The translations under genes were made by a program, and so were the position numbers. Shown piece by piece: positions 41,801-56,200 of a stretch of DNA of 64,000 nucleotides. Numbering within the stretch: position 1 is the stretch's first letter; the number at the start of each line of letters is the position of its first letter. The notes under the pieces were generated by a model, which worked only from the letters and a program-made list of their open reading frames with translations, searched no databases and was not told where the DNA came from. Source of the DNA: Bugula neritina (lineage: Eukaryota; Animalia; Bryozoa); assembly GCA_964035545.1 (NCBI GenBank), contig OZ037765.1, positions 10,922,698 to 10,986,697 on the forward strand. Reading direction: 5' to 3'.

Positions 41801-43391
41801 TTTCGTCATCTGGTAACCAGTGTACACACTAGTTATATACAAATGAGCATAGCTGTTACGCAATGGGTATTATATAAGACTACTTCTGTCACGCAATAGC
41901 CTACACTTTTGTAATAGTATGCATTATTTAGCCTTTCATCAAACACTGACTTCACAGTTTATTGCTCAACTGGATCTAGTTTCAGCTCCTCATAACCTAA
42001 CATCAGTGTTTCATTTACAAAACATTTCCTATATGGAGGATGGAGGACTTTTCACTTTTAGTTTCTGCTCTTGAGAAAATCAATTTATCAGTTCTGCTTG
42101 CAGATGCCTGATGATTAGCAAATAGAGCTTTAGCTACCTTCCTTCTGTACCTAGAGCATGCAATATATTATATTTTATTAGACATGAAAGCCAGGATTGA
42201 GTGCGAAAACAACTTGCACTTCAAGAAAAGCAAAATTTGATTTATAGGTTTAAAATGGCAGAGCAGGAAAAACTACAAATGACCCAATTAAGGTCACTAG
42301 CTGACAACCAAGGTCATTTGAGGTCATGTGGTAATAGTGACTCACAGTACATACTCTTTGTTTTCCAACTACAACTTGTGAGGCAAAAATTGCAAATTGA
42401 ACTTTTTAGAAGAAAAATTCAACAAATTTCCAACTTGCTCATGTGTATGGCGTAATAGAACACAGAAACTGGGGAAAGAGTTACATGACCAATGGAGTTT
42501 TAGTATATCAATCTTGACTGATCAATCTTAAAACATTGCTTCATGCATAAATTCAGGGATAACACTTTAGCTTACCAACTTTTGTGTACTTCCTTTATAA
42601 AAATTATTTGCACACATAGCTAAGGCTTATTTATGATAACTTCCTATTTTTATCTTTCAAGTTTTGTACCCTGTAGTGTGCCATGTATTTAACAAATAGA
42701 AGAAATTTCACTTCTTTGAAACTACTAAATTAAGCATGTGATGCGTAGGTGGCTGTACTGTGAAGTAAGCTGCTAGACCTAGTACTTATTGAATATTGAT
42801 GCTTTTTAAACCTGTCGGTTTATTATAGATTCAGTAGCTGTGTGTAGCATAATATATAACAAGCTGTGATATGTTCTCCTATTAGACAGAAGTAGCTTCA
42901 ATAGCTTAAAGCAGCTCCAGGGCAGCTATCAGTTTCCTTAAGATAACAAACACGAGCTCTAAGCACCTTGTAGTAGTCGTCTGTCTGTAGTGCACTGAAA
43001 CAGAATATATCCTCAACAGGGAAATTAATGCTAGGGATATCGCTTCATAGGAAGGAGTATGATCACCTGCATGTGCTTGTATATTTCTACAGTATAGTAC
43101 TAGCTCAATGCTTAACTAGACCAACTAAATTGGTTACATATTGTATTGTGAGTTGTGTTAAAGCTGCACTACTTAAAATACTAAATTTTAATCAATGCGT
43201 TTTATCAATATCTATATTGTAGGTGCGCCATCTGTATGCTAGACTTTGAGGTGGGAGACCTAATGAGATTTCTACCGTGTCTGCATGCATATCACAAAGA
43301 CTGTATTGATGACTGGCTGATGAGATCTTTCACATGTCCTTCTTGCATGGAGCCAGTGGACGCTGCTTTGCTTTCTTCGTTTGATGGATAG
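38843..43391 (+). CDS. RNF11: RING finger protein 11 (RING-H2), 3 coding exons, 161 aa
   Basis: Exons 38843-38986, 39268-39440, 43223-43391. Translation: MGSCL..., YHPTPGIQRTASQLSEDDQVKIAQRIGLIQHLPTG, ECAICMLDFEVGDLMRFLPCLHAYHKDCIDDWLMRSFTCPSCMEPVDAALLSSFDG*. The C-terminal half is nearly identical to recalled RNF11. Confidence 0.96.
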
Positions 43392-44299
43392 ACATCAATG
43401 GATTAGGAAAATGATCTCTTTTTAGGGCCAATGTGGCGTAAGGTGCTGGCACCGCTCCATGTTGTAGCTGTGTTGTGATAACACTTCAAGCCTTGTGCTA
43501 CGTTATTCATCAGTGCAATATAGTTTCTAAATTTACTCCAGCAGTGGTCAGCAAAAACCTATATTCTAATGTTAACCTTTAGCGATTCCACTAAATTTTA
43601 TTTCACTGCTCCAGTTGCTATTCCCATGGATATTCTGCTACATTAGCTAAACACATGTCTGTGGGAATATTAAACTAGTAGAGAACTCTATAACATGCAG
43701 ATTAGTTGACTTATCATTTCTATTATTTGCTTGATTCCATGTCTGTATTCGCTGCGAACTGTTCACATTTTTATTGTCTTACTTATAGTACTTTTTTTAA
43801 GTTTAAAGATTATGTTTGTGCATGTAATTTTCAGCTGTGATGGTGCTGCTATGACACTATAGATGTTGTGTGTCCGTGAACTCTGCCCTTTACTTATATG
43901 ATTCAGAGTTTCTCTTATGTATACTGCTATATTATATATTTTATACAATTTTTATTTATTATGTTATATATGTGAGAATGACGGCACACCAGATGTGAAA
44001 AACACTTGAAATAATTTAATAAAATATTAATTTTTAAATTCATTTCTGTGCAATTATACAGCTAGAAGAGAAGGAAATTTTGACAATATAATATTCTGGT
44101 CTGTAGCCAGATATCATCAGCAAGTCATTTACAAATTAAATACTTTTGTTAACATTTTAGTTACTAGAAATACTGTTTATTGTTGCATTATATCTTATTA
44201 ATGACAAGTAATATTTTGTAATGCTATTCCAAGGACGGACTAATCAAAGGCTGATAATACAGCATATATAGTAGGGCTAAAATTTTTTCTATCTGTCCC

Positions 44300-47200
44300 T
44301 CATATTCGTATGTTGAGTCTAGCTCTTTCTAGAATGTCTTTCCTGATCTTGGGATATTGAGGATGATTCTTCAAAACCTGACAAAATAGAGATTTTAGTT
44401 TTAAATTTGCAAATGAAAGCACAGCTTATGCTGTTAACAATGCTTAATAATCTGATTGCAGAGCAGGGTTTTGTTTCTGTACAATATAATTAGGGAACTA
44501 GAATTAGTCTTACGGTATGCAAATGTAAGGCGAAGTATACCTATTTAAGCCATGTGTCAATCTTTATTTCACCATTCCAATTAATTTGTAGCACTGTTTA
44601 TTATACTATGTAGCAAAATAATTCAAAATTTGATTCTCACTAGATTACAAATAAATGAATGATTGTAATAAGTAACAAACCACTAATTTTCCCAATACTA
44701 CCCAGCATGGGCTATTTGCTTCGTTTGTGAATATTATATTGAAGCTCAAAATTTGTGAGCAAGCTGTTTAGTGGTAATTGGTGAGGGTAAACACTCATTG
44801 GTGACATTATCAACATTAAACAATAAATTATATTCATAAATACAGACAAAGACCAGAAACTATATCATCCATCAAAACTAGAGGGTCAATTAACTCAAAT
44901 AGCAGACAATAGCTCTAACTATCTATAACTAGGTATAATAGATGCTACTGTTTCTATAACAACCTAAATTTAGAATATTAACTTCAAGTGAGTGGTGAGC
45001 TCAAACATAAAGGACTTCATAGCATTTTCTGCTATTGTCCTTTGACAACGTACAGAGGTTTTTTAGGCTATAAAATATATCTAAAACATTGGCAGCTACT
45101 ATTTTTATCAGTATTGCCTGAAAGAAATAAATTATATAATTGAATCGTCAGATTAATTGTTCTGATATCATATTGATTCACTAGTTAAATTTATTTAAAT
45201 AATTGGTCTGATTTAATTTACTGTTAGCTTTCCTATACAAAATACGTTATAAAAGTTGTATCTTTGGAAACAATGCATTCTTTCAGTATTTAAAAACCTG
45301 TAAGCAATAAATATTATGTTCAAGTTGAAAACAATTAGTTTATCTTAAATCTTTTCCCAACATAATATAACTTGAAAAACCGTACTCTTGACTTGTACAT
45401 TAATATTGAGTAGTTACAACTTCAAGTATGATATTTTTCTAGTTTTATGCATACTGCTCAACTTCAATATATATTTTTGAAGCTAACAGCTACGGCTTAA
45501 AATTATAATAATTGAAAATAAAGCTAGTTAGAAGGGGAAATTTTCCAGGAAATAGCTATAGGCTAGAAATTTCATTTACTTCCGGTAGTAGTAGACCTAT
45601 TACAACAGTCTTATCAGAACAGACGTATTAGAGCAAACCTATTAGAGCAGACCTATTAGAGCAGACCTATTAGAGCAAACAAAAAGTTTAGAACAACTTC
45701 CTTGTAGATAATAAAGTCCATTACACAGCATAATATATTCTATTGCTGATTGATTTATAAAGTGTATAACATTTATGTAATGACAATACATGGATAAACA
45801 TAAGCTTTAGCAGCATGGATATTCTGCTGCTTTAATTTATCACTAAAACTTCTTGAAAGACTTGTTCCTTGTCCTTACCACAAACAAGGTTAAAAGCTAA
45901 TTACATAAAATGTTCATATGATAATATATAAATATTATTAGGCTGCAAAGGCTTAGTTCTTGTACATCTATAGGTAGTGCAACTTTTCACTAATCTTTTT
46001 AGCTCTCATACTTGCATATTATTTAGTCCATTTTCTGCAGAAACTCATTTAAAAATAATTTCCTCAATTAACAGATATATATTTATTAAGTCAACGGCCA
46101 TCTTAACATATTTTTAAATCAGATTTTACTGTGAATGGTACACGTATAATAGTCAGAATATTATTAATGAGCAATAAAACTGTCAAAAGTAAAAAATATT
46201 TTTTAGTACATTTTTCATTTTATCTTATTTTCATTGCTTTTGAGGAAAAAAATAACGTTCCAGTAGTAGGGTTACAGCACCTCTTTGCATATCTATTATA
46301 TTATCGAAAAAAAGGAAAGCTGAATTATGATTAACTAACAGCAACTTTACTAACATTACACAGGGGACCCCTTAAGCCTACACAATATAATAGGCAATTT
46401 TAGCTACAATTGCATTCTATAAGCTAGAATTGCTTATTGTAGCCAGGCTGTGTTGATAGTGCTGTAAGACATAACATATACCTCAAATAATACATCTATT
46501 AGAGTACTGTGTTCCCACACACATCTATGGTTGTTATATTGATTCATGTTCAATTTGAAAGCAACAGAAGGCTGGCTGAATTGTACTTACATGGTGGGCA
46601 ATATCAATAGCATCCACGTATCTCTTAGCTTTGAGGTAATTGAAGCCAAGTTTATATCCAATATGGGGGTTGTTCTTGTTTCCATATTTCCATGCCATTT
46701 CATAATTGTCTGCTGCAGATTTAAATGACTGCTCTTTCTCCATGATGAATCCCATATACTCATAGGCTTTGCAACATGACTACAACATCAGAAACCATGT
46801 CAACTGCAAACCAACTGTATCATAACAGTCTGGACTTACACAATTCAAAAACATATTAATATTTTGTTGACTAAACCAAAGACATCTTGTGGCAAAGTGA
46901 AATCAATGAAGTATATATCTGTTAAGGCTGAATATCTGGTGGTCATAGTAGCTGAGTTAAATAGGTACTAAGGGACTAGTCTAAACAAAATACCATAAAA
47001 ATTACTTAAGAAAGGCACCAAAATATATAAAAGTCTAGGTTGACTTTCCAGTGTTTGGCTCATACTCATGCCTGACAGAGAAGGAACAAAAAACCGATAA
47101 TAAGGTTTTCAAATGCAACAGCTGATGAACTAGAGGGCAGCAAAAATCAAATATCAATATAAATCTAGTTGTCAAGATATTCATAAAAAATTTTCTTTTC

Positions 47201-50200
47201 AAAAATAGTTGTTTCTTATTACAGTAGGCCATAGTTGCACACAATAAAAAAAGTTTTCCCTACTTAAAGTACCCATTGACCAACATAAACTGTAGCATTC
47301 ATGAATTGCTCTAGAGTTGTGTTCACAACGCTTATTGTGACCTATCAGTGAAGATAGGCTGAGTTAATTACACAATCAACTAACCTTGTTATATGCAATG
47401 GCTTTTTTCAGAGTTTCAAGGGCCAGATCATGTTTATTGGACTGTATGTATATGTCTGCCATGAGTAGCCAAGCCTTCTCCAGGTCTTCTGCGTCTTCCA
47501 TATTCCAAGGAGCTTTCATTAACCTTTTCAACTGATTCCTAGCCCTAGGTGACTGCTTCAGCATCATATGCGCTGCTGCCATACCGTAGACAGCGCCAAC
47601 ATGATCTTTCTGTGAGATAAAAAAGGTGCAGTCAATCTTACAGCCGATCCAACAATTTCGTTAAATACAACTTGGCAAGCTATAAATGACTCTAGAATTT
47701 GCAGCGTGTCGTTTTTCAGCTCTTGAATTAATTTTACAAAAGTGCTTTTACGACAAAAAAATTAATTCTTACATTTTCTGTAGCAATGTCTGTGAAAGAC
47801 TGGAGAGCTGCTTCCATGTGTCCTTTATTCTTAGTCTGAAGAAGCATCATGTTCTCTAATAGTTTGGGTCGGATGTCACCAGGTTTAGGTTTCAAGTCCT
47901 GTGAACATAAAAACCAAAATATAACCAAATAGATAAGCTAAGATATGGAGCTAAGAGGTGCCATGGCTGTACCTGTAGCAGCGCTACTTAACTACTACTC
48001 AATAACCTGGTGAAAAAAGTTGGCGATGTTGTTGCACTTGTATTATTGCTAACATTTTAGCAAAGCATTATGTGGTCTTCAGAGCAAACAAATAGAGCAC
48101 AGAAAATGATACAAAAACATGCTCATGTTTCAGCTCTATATACCACCTGACTCAACATTTCTATTCACATCTAGCTTGTTATTTAAAAAATTACACATGG
48201 CGATTATTTTGTCAATCATGACCGGGCCTTAAGTTAGCACCGGGATAGAGTTTTTAGTTTTGTATTTGTACCAAGTTACTCTGTGTAATCTGCCCCGTTA
48301 CTCGAAAGGACTGCAGCGAGTATGGTGAGAAGCAGTGAGAAACTGCGTACAGTCTGCAAGGCAGCTGTTGGTAAAGATTGTAGTTTACTCACTCGAAGCA
48401 ACTTTTCAGCTGTTCTCACAGCCAGCACATTTCTCTCCTTTTCTCCTTCGGATCTGAAATCACAAAATATCACATAGTAGAGTATTCATATCCGTAGAAT
48501 GACACAACTGTTTTCACCTCTTCAGCCAAAGTGTTCTCTAACAGTTAGGCTTATTTTGTTTATATTGGACTCTTTGGTTTATACAGGTAGAGGAAACCTT
48601 GTACTAAAACAGCAAACAAAAAGCTTTATATATCTACAAGTTAACCCGTTTCCACCTAGAATACTTACACATCAGGATTCATACTCTCAAACACTTCTCC
48701 ACCAACTGTAACATTGTCAGGGTTTAAGCAGATCTCAATCAGAGCATATGTAGCCTGTGGTCCAAACTCTGAGTCCTTTCTTGCCATGTTGAAACACTTT
48801 ATAGCTGCATTAGGATCTCCAGAATACCTGGTAATCAGTTTAACAGATCACATGACGGCCTGACAGAAACATTTTATAAAACCAAACAATAAAGAATTCT
48901 AGTTAATATAAATGTATATACAATTTATACTTAAAAAGATGACACTGTGCAATTATATACAAAAATTATATTTAAATAGCAATATGTTACTATAGAGTCT
49001 AAGAGCACTTTTGAATAATTATAAAGCTAATATTAGAGTTATATGGTACATCAAAAGTCCCAAGTTTTAGATAAATGGGTCATTTTACTTAATTTAGTAC
49101 ACACTGGATATCTTCAGTTTTTGGCTATTTTTCACAATTTAGCTGGTAATGAACATGGTCTTTTGGCCAAAACTAGTAAAACACCAATAAATACACCTAA
49201 ATAATCAAAGTTCTTTTTAATTTTGCTTCATTTCCTATGTTTTTCCCTAATTATTCAGCTAGTTTTGGTTATGGACCGTTGCGGTTTTTTTGTAACGTCC
49301 GCACATATAGAATATTAAGTGCATATGACAATGACCTGTGCTTTAATGTTGGGGAATCCCCTTCCACCTTTTCTGTTATGTGTAGTTAAAACCAGCACAT
49401 AAAAATAGCATGTATAGTAAATTTCAATTGATTTTGAGCAAACTTTAATGTTAGGTCATAAGTTGCTGGTGTGTACTAAATGAAGTAAACTGACTCAAAT
49501 ACACCAACACAGATTTTTAATGGCTTATTTTTTATTTTGCTAAAATAGTTACGCACCAAAGATGCAAGCCTTTGCAATAGTTATAACCAGCTATCATTGG
49601 TGCATTATGATTCTGAGTCTCTGCCTTCTTAAGAAACTCTTCGGCCGACTCAAGCTGCCCCGCCCTTCTCATCAGATCAATGAGTCTACTGAGTGCGTTC
49701 CAGTGATCTACATCCGTACACAAACTCATCAATATACACAGTATAATACTAGATGGTGGAACGGCTTGTCCACATTGCAATGTCTTTAAGAAAAACATGG
49801 CTGTTGAAACCAGCCTTTACGAAACAGAATTGAGATGAAAAGCAAAGGCAATGTTTGCATGTAAAATGCTTTATATTCAATAGGGGCAGAGCAATGTTTT
49901 ATGGCATCTATTACATTCACAGAAAGTCTTGTAAATAAAAGTGCATGTTTGTAATTTCTAAACTGCTAGGCCAATCAGAGTACACTGGTTTTGAAACTAT
50001 CTAAACATTTCTAAATGTAATATAAAAAATAGCTGTAGTTTTTACTGAAATTTTCTTATATAGACAGACTTTTAACAGGTTACAAATTCTGTTCACTGAG
50101 CTACTGTACATACTACAGTTATACTATTGGGAATACTCCAGTGGCAACTCATAGCAAATATTTTTGATGTAAAATTTGCTATCAATAGTTTCATGCCAAA

Positions 50201-53200
50201 GTTGCACTCACTCAAAGAATAAAAATAATAATTGTATATTATATAAACTTGGCATGACTAATAGCAATAGTTTAAATATAGTCTTGTTTTTAAAACAAAT
50301 AAAGTAGGCGGTGCAAATATATAGCAAAAGCTGGCCAGTATATTGTAAAACAAAACATATCCATTCAATGGGTGTTAATAAAATAATATAACTAAAGTAA
50401 ACCATAACAAGCTTCCTTTTACCAGCGCCTAAAAAAGTAATGCAGGTTTTTATACATGAAATTTAATTAGGACAGTTTGTCTAGAGTCATGAACAATCAG
50501 CTTAGTTTAGATTGTGCTAGAGTGTGTTTACTTGCCAATTTTCATTTACTAAATGAAAGGTAATTTTATAGAAACAGACTAACACAATATAATATTGAAT
50601 TTATCAGGATGTAAATTACAAATACTGCAGTGGAAATGATATTCCTATTGTGATAGATATGGTGGAGGTATAAGTTTCTGCCAATAGCTGCTTTGTTAGC
50701 TCACATAGATATAATGTAGATACACAGTTACAACCAGGTTCAGGCTTACCAGGTTTTTTCTCCAGCAGCTGCTGAAAATGAAACATGGCCTGATCGTACT
50801 CATTTTTTCTAAACATAAGATCGGCCATCATAACTGTAGCTTTCTCATTCTCTTTGTCATTCTTTAGCAGCTGTACAAGTTGGTGTTGGCATGAATCCAG
50901 GTCTTCAGTGAGCAGAAGGAGATTGGCCAACTGCAGTCCGTACTGAAACACAGTCTTAGACTATTATTCTAGTAAAGGAAACTATAGATACACTAAGAGT
51001 ACAAGTTTTGAATTTTCTAAGGGCAGTGGCTTATTTATGCTGATGCTCATCAAGAAATGTTTGGATTCGTCTATTTACCAAAACATTGGGTAAAAAAAAA
51101 CAAAACGGCATAAAAAACCACTTCTACAGTTTTCCTTGCTGATATCTTTACATTTGTACGTTAAATCTTGCAAAAAGAACAATTGCAATTGCAGCAGAAT
51201 GTTACCACCATGAGTAATACTTAATCAACATGCTACAGGAGGTATTACAAGCCTGACTCATACTTTGCCGTCTGAGTCATCATGGTTAGCAGCTTCCTTG
51301 TAGAATCGTATAGCTTTATCATAATCCCTCGAATCAGAACTTTGCTGACCTAAAGCACTGCAGATGGTAGCTGCTAGCTTTTCCTGCTCTGTAACAGTGT
51401 CTGGTGCCTCCATCTGGGCTCGGCTCAGCACTCTGAATACGTTAGATAAATTATGTGAGCTCGATCAAACGTTGAACTATGTGATGTACGTATAACAACA
51501 ATTTCTATACTGAGTTGTATTTCATACATACAAACTGGTCAATAAGTTCTAATCTAAAGACATTCAAATGCTGTAACTAGTAAATCTTAGGAGAAAAAAG
51601 GTTTTGTATTATTCTTTCAACAAGTAAGAGATGCTATACAAACTGCAATAAAGTTACTAGAAGCCTTGTGAGTTTAAAATCAATTTATTACACTTTTAGT
51701 TAATTGATTTTTAACAACTCTTTAAGACGTATTTTCAATTTGCAATGCTTCTAGAGTTAATCTTAATACTTTTAAATTTTTGCCAGGATAAATAATATTA
51801 AAAAAAAGTGTAACACATTGTAGATTAATCAGTGACTTGAAGGTACCTTTAGTTAGCTATGGATGCTCAATTTGAAAAGATTATCTGAAAACTTGTGTAG
51901 TACAAATGTTTCAGTGAATAGTATGTAGAAAAATTTCAGAGCTCCTTCAAACTTTATAACAAAAAAAATGTTGCTTTACTAATTACTATAAAATTGAAAG
52001 AGGCTGTTTACCTGCTTTGATTGTCCTTGGCCTTTTCTAAAGTTTCTACACTCTCTTCGTGTCTGTTTTGAATACTAAAAACCTGTAAATAATACAGCAT
52101 ATAAATATAGTATGCACTATACAGTATATAATGAAAAGTATGCATGATACAGTATTTAGCACAGCAAATACAATACAGCATGCAACTACAGTAAAAAATA
52201 CAGAATGTATAATGTAACACAGTATATAGCATAGTATACATATGCAATAACTTATGGAATAATACACATTTATACTCGTACCGGATACTAATAATAGAAT
52301 TACTCAGCTTTGCAAGACTTCATTAAAAAAAAGGTTTTAATTAGATTTATCATTCATGATATTGTTGAAATTAATAAATTTAACAATAATTAATATTGAA
52401 CTAAAATTTGTATTATATAGATAAGAAAGGGTTAAAAATAAACAATTATTTTAAAACTTGTGGCCTTAGCATGCCAACATGACATATGCCTATGATAAAT
52501 CACCTTAGCCAATAGCAGAAGGTATCTGGTTCGTTCTTGTAACTTCTCAAACTCATTACTATCTTTGTCCAAGTCTATAGCAATGTTTAAGATCTTTTCA
52601 CATTTATCATAACTTTTAAGTTTCATCAGTAAACTAGCAAGATCATACTTAAGGGAGCTAGGACCACCACCCTTAATGGAGTGCTCATAGTAGGATATTG
52701 CCTGAAAGAACACAACTATATGTCAACAACCATTACCACTGAGAATGCATGCGGTCTGAAGCTACTACTCTGTTTCTTATCATTAACTAAAGGAGCAACT
52801 TAGCCAGAAGGAATTCCCAACAAGGGGAATTTCCTTTACTTAACATTCACCAAATGTCTATAAATGCTATACAGCAAAGATGTTTTGTCAAAGTTAGTAA
52901 ACACAATTTAATACGTAAAACGAAACTACAGATCTAGATATTTTACAATTTGGATGTTACCTTCTGTAAACTGCTTCTATTATGATTATTGCTAATGTTG
53001 AAAAGTGATTAAATCATTTAAGAATGATATTTGAATTGTTAATTTTATTATTCAGTGAGTGATATAAAAAACTAAAACTTTAAAATAATATAAAAAATAA
53101 CTCATGAGGAAGATCATTCTTCTTGATAACTGATATATCTAACAACTATTATCAATTGTCAAGAAAGTTTCTGTTTTTATTTATAGTCATAATCCTGTGT

Positions 53201-56200
53201 GAAAAGCTCAAACATTGAGGGGTCTATGGGTGAGCAATAAAATTTGATTAAATAATATAAAGCAAAATTACCATTTGACGGGAGGTTATATATGTATGCA
53301 GTGTACATAAAGAAAAGTAGGGAATACCTTGTTATATCTGTGAGTCTTGACCAGAGCCTCCCCTATCTTACTAGCCAACACACCATCTCTTGGGTTCTTT
53401 TTCAGGGCTGCGTCATATACCTCAATAGCTTTATCAGTCTACAGTTTACACATGTTTAGTATGGAAGTAACAGTTCTCTACTCAATGATAAAGTCTATAA
53501 CTCTAACTAAACCATTGTTGCATGCCAAAAATTACTACAACAATAGTGAAAGTGCTTACCATATTTTAATTCTATTTTTTGCAAATAGTATGTTACATAG
53601 TCATATTAAATAATATCCTGAATTATTATCGCATGAGCTATCAGAAGGCATTTGCTGTGTAATTGAAAGTGAGTATAATTGTACCATCAACATATTCTGC
53701 ACATGCAGAGAAAGAGAGAGAGAGAGGGAGGGAGGGAAAGGGAGAAAGGGAGGGAGAGTTTACCTCCTGTATAGCAAGATAGGCGTCTCCTAGCAACATC
53801 TGGGTTTGAGGCGATGGGTTCTTTTCAGCCAACTCTCTATAGCAGCCAGCATATAGTTTAGGATCCTTCCTATGGTGCAGATATATGTGGGCCATTTTCT
53901 CTCTCGCCTCCACAAAATATGCCTGTAACACATTTAGCTTGCAGAACAAACACTATCATTATAAACTGCAACCAATAAAAACCACAAATCAACTACACCT
54001 AATAATCAGTATTCAAGAAGGTTTACTGGAGTGAACAAACTATTAAGCATCATAGTTTTCACACAAATTAATTATTACAAAAATAGCATGGAGTAGATTC
54101 GGGGTTCAAAACCCTTGACTCGTGGTGAATTTCTCGCCGCAAGAAACTCAGCAATATACGTACAGCTGCTAACCTGTTTCTTCCAGGAGATAAAGGCTGT
54201 TAGGAACATGACTTGGCTCACATAACTGTGTGAGTTACCAAATACAACCAGGGTGCAACTCATACTCAGCATAAGGAAATGTGCTTACAGTCGGGAGACA
54301 ACTCCTACAAGACTGGCTCACCAATGAGCTTTATTGCCTCATACCTGTTCTGGTCCAATATTTCTCAACATAGTAAGGGCCCCGTCGATGTCGCCCCGAC
54401 CTATAGCAAGGTCAGCATTGGCTATGTTTATCCTCAGCTCTTCTGGTGTACCTTCAAACTCCATAACAGCGTCTTGCATTATCTTGGCAGCCTCCGGCTA
54501 AAATAAAAACATAGTTGGTATTTGTGTCTAAAATTTGCTATGCAAAACTATAAATGACATACTTATTAGCATGATATATTTATATATAACTTAATCTGTG
54601 TACAGCAACTATTTCAGAATTTGTCTCTTAACAACACAGAACATAGTATCATCTTTGCAAAGCAAAAAACTAGTGTTACTACCAAATCATATTCAAAATG
54701 TGTGCGAATTCAAGATAGGGCAGGATAGTTATTTACTGTGTAAAACAGTAAAAGCGTGTAGTTGTGTTTTAAAATATAAAACAAACACTTTTAAGGTATC
54801 CAACAAGTTAAATCAAGACACCCAATAAACTGCACGATAAAATATATTCCATTTATACATCTACAAAAAATTTCTCAGCTTTCTCTAAACAGTCAAGTGT
54901 AAGATTTTAGAGAAGTAGAGGACACCCCCTACCTGCTCGCCAAGCTTAAGATGGGCCTCAGCTAACTCTAAGAAAACAGACACTCTGTCATTCACACTAA
55001 TTTGGTTAGCTCTGTGCTTAGCGCTGGCCTTCCTGCCAATAGTTTTGACTCCGGGGAGTAGCAGAGCACCGTGCAACGTCTTCTTGGCTTCTTCAATCTC
55101 TCCTGTAACAACACAATACATGAGTTTTTGGGCAGTAAAACGACATCTTTTAAAATTTCATTTTTAACCACAAATTTCTATGCCGGGTTATAAATTTAAA
55201 ATAACAAGTAGCTAAAAACAATATATCTAAACCAATTTAAAGACCCATAACATTATACGTATGTGTATGATATGTAAATGGAAATTGCTCTTAGAAGATC
55301 TACACATGCATATATATTCATGTCAATACATATTTGGAGACTATTGTTTGAATAAAACAAGTGAGCACCTTGTCTGCTAAGAATCCTCGCCTTGATGAGG
55401 TGGTAGAGCGGGTGATCTCGAACCTCAAAGTTATAACTCAGTCCGACTTCCAGCGACTGATTGGCAAGCTTAAAGTTGTTTTGACTTGAATGAATCTTTA
55501 AAGAAAAAAGAATGTTTTGGCAGAATATCACATTTGACAATAAAAATAGCGCATTCTCTTTCTTTATTTATAAATAAATAGCTAATTTGTAGATGCTGAG
55601 TGTTACACCACATGTAAGCTGACCAGCCCTAATTATATGCTATATGTAATTTACAGGGAGAAGGTGGTTCAAATATTTATATCATAAATATTTATAGTCT
55701 ATATTGGTAATGACATGTATTTTAAATAAATATTTCTTCCATAATAGTGAAATGATGAGTATTCCACTCCTAGCCCTCCATTTGGTTTTAGAAAAGGAAA
55801 TATTGAGATGTAATATATGGAACCTGTTGACATGATTATAACAACATATTTATTATGCCTGCACTTTTTCCTGTTTAGCATTTCCTGCTTAGAACTTTCT
55901 GTTTAGCAACACGTTTATTCACAAACCTGTGCCATCAGGATGTGGGCGCTGGCATACGAAGGATCTTGCTCCAGACACAGGTTAAGATTAGACTGAGCTG
56001 CTGTATTATCTCCCAGCAGGTATTTTATCTTAGCCTGCAGAAAGCAAGCTTCCAGTATGCCTGGGGCTACTTTGATTACTGATTCCAGACAGCTGGTGCA
56101 TATCTTGAGAATTTTGTTAGGTGGTCCAGTGCCAGTGGCAGGCTAAAAGAGTAGACAATAAGTATAGCTTACCAAGTCCTTCACACTTTTGTATGGGCAG

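Noticed and set aside
54085-54330. B-box-like GGGTTCAAAACCC and weak similarity to 57555-57620
   Set aside because: Too degenerate to call a tRNA or define a SINE; no cloverleaf.
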